This document shows positions 57,682-64,000 of a stretch of 64,000 bases of DNA, piece after piece. The stretch spans positions 113,584,001 through 113,648,000 of the forward strand of contig OX597822.1 of assembly GCA_951406725.2 (NCBI GenBank), read 5' to 3'. The notes under the pieces are model-generated. The model did not search any database, was not told the DNA's origin, and saw only the letters and a program-made list of their open reading frames with translations. Positions within the stretch are counted from its first letter, which is position 1. Each line of letters starts with the position of its first letter. This DNA comes from Octopus vulgaris. Lineage: Eukaryota. Position numbers and translations under genes: made by a program.

Positions 57682-57683
<2 letters not shown>
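57478..57683 (+). mobile_element. PLE pseudo-LTR-like unit with a hammerhead-like motif
   Basis: GTTT-CCGACGA-A-GAGC-TCC-GCTC-GAAA-CG-TT-AAAC (57559-57593). TA flanks. Confidence 0.6.
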
Positions 57684-57738
<55 letters not shown>

Positions 57739-58299
57739 TATATATATATATATACATACATACATACATACATACATACATACACACATACATACATACA
57801 TACATACATACATACATACATACATACATACATACATACATACATACATACATACATAATATAGTTCAAACGAATTACTAAATACTGCGCAACAACTTTG
57901 CTTTAATAGTGAAATTTTTCTTTGCACTTTAGAATAGGCGTCAATTATCATCATAAAAACTGCCCCTGCATTCGCTGTAGTATATTTACTTGAAAAGTGA
58001 AGACGAGGAAGGGGATAGAAGTGTGGTTTCTTGTAAATTAAAGCAGAGTGTTGTAGGCTACAAGCTAGCAACTCAATATTGACGATTCAGCATTCATTAG
58101 TAAAAAGTCTGTTGAATGTAAATCGTCAGGCCTCAGAATAATAAACAGAGCATCGTGAGAACATCGCATTCTAGTCGATAAGTAGGATAGCGAGAGAGAC
58201 TGAAGGAACAAAAAGAAATACATCTGAGAAAAGAAAATTATTAAAAAAATAAAATAGCAGCGCATCGGAGAGGGCGCAGATACAGAGCGATATACTCAC

Positions 58300-58311
58300 A
58301 GCACGGTGCAC
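58300..58311 (-). other. Candidate 12-nt microexon (an alternative acceptor gives 58300-58351)
   Basis: ttatttatacag|GTGCACCGTGCT|gtgagt, with TGCATG just upstream. Confidence 0.25.
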
Positions 58312-58943
58312 CTGTATAAATAATGTACATGCAAGCTGACGAATGTGTGGGCTGAAAATCCAGGAAGGAAACACAAAAAAAAATAGAGAAGCTTCTGAAA
58401 AGAATTTGTCTCTGATCTATAATAACTTATTGTTATACATGTTATTAACGATATTTTCATTTGAATATTAATGTGGTTTGTGTGTTGAACAAATTTTTCG
58501 ATATCTTAAGTGGCTTCTAACCTAAATAGAAAACATTCGACACCTCCTGTCTAAACAGAAAACTATTCTTACTCAAAACATCTCCAAAAACTATTGCTTT
58601 CTGTTACACTTTAACGATGGTCAGGTTAATAGTTCTTATTGTAGAAGACACTTAGCTTTAAGGGGCTCAGTCAACTTAGATGTAAGTAGTCATGACTAAT
58701 AAATAGGTGATAAAATTCACCACTACAATCAGGAGTATCACTGACTGTTTTCTTTAGCTTGCAGTACTCACAGAATCAGAGGAATATAGTTTTAAGAATG
58801 ATGACTCTGCCAGAATTGCGACACAAATGAAGTCGAAATCTTCAAGTATGTCAGTTATCATCAGCCTCTCAATGTTCTAATATTTTTGAACGCTTCACTT
58901 CAAAAACATTTATAAGAAAAAACGGGGGTTCACTGGCAGACAC

Positions 58944-59510
<567 letters not shown>

Positions 59511-59597
59511 TAAGGAAAGGAAAAAGAATTTCACTTCAACCGTTTTGTCTTTTTCGTAGCTTCAAATCGAAAATTGCTTATAAAATTTACCGGTGGC

Positions 59598-59695
59598 TTA
59601 TCTCTAGCTTTATAACGTATTAAGTTTACTAGTACCTTATCTCTAGCTTATAACGTATTAAGTTTAACGATAGCTTATCTTTAACTTTATAATGT
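59598..59695. repeat. ~39-bp minisatellite, about 2.5 copies
   Basis: TTATCTCTAGCTT(T)ATAACGTATTAAGTTTA repeated. Confidence 0.8.
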
Positions 59696-60404
59696 CGACA
59701 ACTGTCTCATATCATTTACATTTCTTCCAATCAAAATAGTGGGGTGGAAATAATCTTGGTTGAATAGTTAGTTGCAATCCCGAAGAATATTCATTAAATA
59801 GTAAGGTATCCATTCAAACTTCCTGGCATCCCAATGGTAAAACTCAAGCGTCCCTGACCCCCAGAATCAAATATAGATAAACAAACTAGCTCGCTATTCT
59901 CGGTTGTCTGAACTGATTTCTGTTCCAATTATGTTTTATAATACAACTGCTATCAGTTTAGTTCGAACTTCATCCCACAAGTATCTCTTATAAAAACGCT
60001 GAAATTAAAAAAAAAAATACTCCTTCTGTAGTTTCTCTTAAAATAAAATATAAAGAAATATTTTGATATTCCGCTAAACTAACGCGTCCGTTCCCCATTT
60101 CAGTATGGCTGGCATAGATACCTCATTCTGACATCATGAATATGTCGTCAAGTTAAGCGGAGCAGTTCTCATCCTGTATTTCTTCTCCAATTAGTTTTCT
60201 GGTTAAGAAAATCACTACAAAGTTGCTGGTTTTCTTTTCCCTTATTTCATTATTTCGGCATTTTTGTTCGTTTTACATCCATTCATTCATTACTGCACTC
60301 TTCACTGCACGTTTTAATGACAAAAAATATCGTAAATGTTTCCACCAACAAAAATGAATACATATGTGTATACATATGTATTTATTTGTGTATACATATG
60401 TATA

Positions 60405-60791
60405 TGTGGCACTCCGTCGGTTACGACGACGAGGGTTCCGGTTGATCCGAATCAACGGAACAGCCTGCTCGTGAAATTAACGTGCAAGTGGCTGAGAACT
60501 CCATAGACACGTGTACCCCTTAACGTAGTTCTCAGGGAGATTCAGCATGACACAGAGTGTGACAAGGCTGGTCCTTTGAAATACAGGTACAACAGAAACA
60601 GGAAGAAAGAGTCAGAGAAAGTTGTGGTGAAAGAGTACAGCAGGGATCACCACCCCCACCCCTGCTGGAGCCTCGTGGAGCTTTTTAGGTTTTTTCGCTC
60701 AATAAACACTCACAACGCCCGGTCTAGGAATCGAAACCGCGATCCTATGACCGCGAGTCCGCTATCCTAACCACTGAGCCATTGCGCCTCC
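60405..60791 (-). mobile_element. SINE family C (tail type iii)
   Basis: Family C head with a distinct tail ending GTCGTCGTAACCGACGGAGTGCCAC. Confidence 0.85.
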
Positions 60792-62016
60792 ACATACGTA
60801 TTTATGTGTGCATGCATATGTGAAATATGCACACTACTTAACAACTCACAATGACGCATTAATATATGTATGTCCATATCGTGGCTTAACCCCAAGTCAT
60901 TTCTGATTATTTGATCAAAGGCGTTACATCCGCAACTGTCCCAGCTTCTATTCAGCCATAGTGCATCTAGAACTACACTATCCAATGTGTCCGCTCTCCT
61001 TTTAAGATGATAGACTTTGATTAGAGGAATTCTTAGCTTCTATTTCAAACAGCTTGATTGACACCGTCAAGGCTCTTGCGTCTGCACGTTGCATCTTGAT
61101 GCTTATAAGCGTGAGGCACGCAGCCATACATATGTGGAATATGAGGAGTTGAAGAGGCAGAGAGATGGACAGGGTGGAGAGTGGAGAGGGAAGTGAAAAG
61201 AGGTTGAGAGGGTGAGTGAGAGAGGGAGAGTCAGAGGAAAGGGATCTCGAGAGGGAGCAAAGGAGAGAGAAAAAATAGAGAAGAAACCATGAAAAGACGG
61301 AAAAAGAGAAGGGGGAATAGTAAAAAGGAGAGGGGAAGAAAGAGAAAAGAGGAATTGGGCGAAAAAACGAAACAGAGGTCAGGAAACATATGGTGAGAGT
61401 CAATACCATACAAAAATCTAGAAAGGGTAAGGGTCGTATGTGGATTATGGGGGCGCGCTTAGTGACTAAATTTCCTCTCGTGTATACCGGGGGTGACAAT
61501 CTCTGTCTTAATATTAAAACGCATATGCCTCTCGCTCTTTCTAGATGCTTTTTATATTAAAGCCCCCACTGTATATATCCTTACATGTATTTCAGTTTCT
61601 ACGTCCAATTCCTTTTCTCTCCCACTCGTGTCTCTTCTCCCTCCTTCCTTCCACTTTGTCCTCCTCTCTTTTCTCCATCTCTTTCCTTTCATATTTTATC
61701 TTTCCTTTATTCTTGGCCTCTTTTTCTCTCTTTTCTTCTCTTCTCTCTCCCCTTCCCCTTCGCTCTCCTGCTGTTTTTTTATCTATTCCTCACCCTCCCT
61801 TTCCCCTTCCAGTCTTTTTCCCACCATTTCCCCTCTCTTCCCGCTTTTGCTTCTCTCCTGCTATTTCTCCACACTCCAATTCTTTATATTCCCTACTAAT
61901 AACACATGGATGTCTATGCAGCTGTGTGTATATTGTGTGCATTCGGGTGCTTGTGAATTCTACTCAAGCCTAGTATAAATGGGAGACGTGTCACTCAAAC
62001 ATTTTACTGTAATGCG

Positions 62017-62089
<73 letters not shown>

Positions 62090-62090
<1 letters not shown>

Positions 62091-62391
62091 GAGGCGCAAT
62101 GGCCCAGTGGTTAGGGCAGCGGACTCGCGGTCGTGGGATTGCGGTTTCGATTCCTAGACCGGGCGTTGTGAGTGTTTATTGAGCGAAAACTCCTAAAGAG
62201 CTCCACGAGGCTCCGGCAGGGGGTGGTGATCCCTGCTGTACTCTTTCACCACACTTTCACTCTTTCTTCTGTTGGCCTACTCGCTTAGCCAGCGGGGTGG
62301 CGTCATTCGAAGGCTAAAACAATGCGAACGCATTGTGACCAGCGATGTGTAACAACATCTGATGGTCTGGTCGATCACGTGATCACGTGAT

Positions 62392-62395
<4 letters not shown>
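62090..62395 (+). mobile_element. SINE family C (tail type ii), full length
   Basis: A-box TGGCCCAGTGG, B-box GGTTTCGATTCC, and a tail ending in GATCACGT repeats. Confidence 0.9.
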
Positions 62396-62468
<73 letters not shown>

Positions 62469-62472
<4 letters not shown>

Positions 62473-63185
62473 AGAAGGTTTGAAAATGTAATTTTAAAAT
62501 ATGTTTATTTTTATACCGGTTTCACTCTTTAGAAAAAGATTGTCAAAAGTAACATGTAAAAGTTTGGTTGTGTTAATTATTGGTTGTCACAAATTGCTAC
62601 AATATATATATATATACAGTTTTTGGTAACAAGGACATGTTAAGGACATAAAAATGTTTAACAAGTTCATGAAAATATTGGGCACAAAAGATTCCAGCAT
62701 CAATATACATTCTCAAGAAAATGTTAAAGATAGTTTCCAGAAGGAATTATTAAAAAGTTCAGTGGAATATATTGGTATTGTATCTGTATATACAGATACA
62801 ATATATACAGATCTGAATATACAGATACAATACCAATACCAATATTCCACTGAACTTTTTAATAATTCCTTCTGGAAACTATCTTTAACATTTTCTTGAG
62901 AATGTATATTGATGCTGGAATCTTTTGTGCCCAATATTTTCATGAACTTGTTAAACATTTTTATGTCCTTAACATGTCCTTGTTACCAACAACTGTATAT
63001 ATATATATATTGTAGCAATTTGTGACAACCAATAATTAACACAACCAAACTTTTACATGTTACTTTTGACAATCTTTTTCTAAAGAGTGAAACCGGTAAA
63101 GTAAATAAACATATTTTAAAATTGCACTTTCAAACCTTCTTTCTTATATAATTCCACTCGTGCGGTACCTTACAACTCCACTTTG

Positions 63186-63188
<3 letters not shown>
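62469..63188 (+). mobile_element. ~675-bp near-perfect palindrome (inverted PLE pLTR pair) plus a 44-bp 3' extension, in (TA)n
   Basis: 62469-62790 is inverted relative to 62820-63144. Degenerate hammerhead TTACTT-TTGACAA-TCTTT..AAAGA-GT-GAAA-CCGG-TA-AAGTAA at ~63060-63104. Confidence 0.75.
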
Positions 63189-63243
<55 letters not shown>

Positions 63244-63667
63244 CAGGAGTGGCTGTGTGGTAAGTAGCTTCCTTACCAACCACATGGTTCCGGGTTCAGT
63301 CCCACTGCGTGGCACCTTGGGCAAGTGTCTTCTACTATAGCCTCGGGCCGACCAAAGCCTTGTGAGTGGATTTGGTAGACGGAAACTGAAAGAAGCCCGT
63401 CGTATATATGTATATATATATGCGTGTGTGTGTTTGTGTATATGTTTGTGTGTCTGTGTTTGTCCCCCCACCATTGCTTGACAACCGATGCTGGTGTGTT
63501 TATGTCCCCGTTCATTAGCGGTTCGGCAAAAGAGACCGATAGAATAAGTACTGGGCTTACAAAAGAATAAGTCCCGGGGTCGAGTTGCTCGATTAAAGGC
63601 GGTGCTCCAGCATGGCCGCAGTCAAATGACTGAAACAAGTAAAAGAGTAAAAAAAGAGAGTAAGAGT
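63244..63667 (+). mobile_element. SINE family B, near full length
   Basis: tRNA-like head, CORE-like ACCTTGGGCAAGTG, internal TA/TG tract, and (AAAGAGT)n tail. Confidence 0.9.
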
Positions 63668-63736
63668 GTGTTAAAGCAAGTACATCCCCGCGTGTGAACA
63701 TATATATCTATAAACATGCCATCTAATGTACGTATA

Positions 63737-63792
<56 letters not shown>

Positions 63793-64000
63793 ACGGGTGC
63801 GTGTTTATAGAAATAAGATGCTCGCAAATTTGCCAACGTAGCAAACTTCCTACGCGCAAACTCAGAAGATGAGCAGGGATTTTCAGTAGTCATGACAATT
63901 GTAATCTTATGATAGTTCAATGAGGAATTTTTGCCTGGATTTCAAAATAATAGCAATCGCTTGTCCACACTGACCGGCCCAGTATGCCGCCATATGCTGA

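Noticed and set aside
62090-62165. tRNA gene-like sequence (also the heads of SINE A and B)
   Set aside because: It has A and B boxes but no complete cloverleaf, and it continues into SINE bodies with tails.
62654-62958. Near-identical 81-aa ORFs on both strands
   Set aside because: A consequence of the palindrome; no recognisable domain.

Overview
AT-rich eukaryotic genomic DNA, very rich in (TA)n, (CA)n, (AGAT)n and (AAT)n microsatellites and dominated by transposable elements. The repeat landscape looks like an octopus (coleoid cephalopod) genome; this is pattern recognition, not a database result. I see no intact protein-coding gene, and almost all ORFs in the track are microsatellite translation artefacts. 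The window contains three tRNA-derived SINE families with swappable 3' tails, one of which forms exact ~185-bp multimers. It also contains Penelope-like element (PLE) RT/GIY-YIG remnants, R4/Dong LINE pieces in (TAA)n, CR1/L2-type LINE pieces, a double-3'-end Tc1 element, a hAT remnant and a Helitron-like element. The most striking pattern is a set of short PLE pseudo-LTR-like units sitting in (TA)n tracts. They carry minimal hammerhead-ribozyme-like motifs and often form large fold-back palindromes (19.2-20.2 kb, 62.5-63.2 kb), one combined with a 354-bp tandem unit. Two candidate 12-nt microexons on the minus strand (59498-59509, 58300-58311) hint that the window may be intronic.
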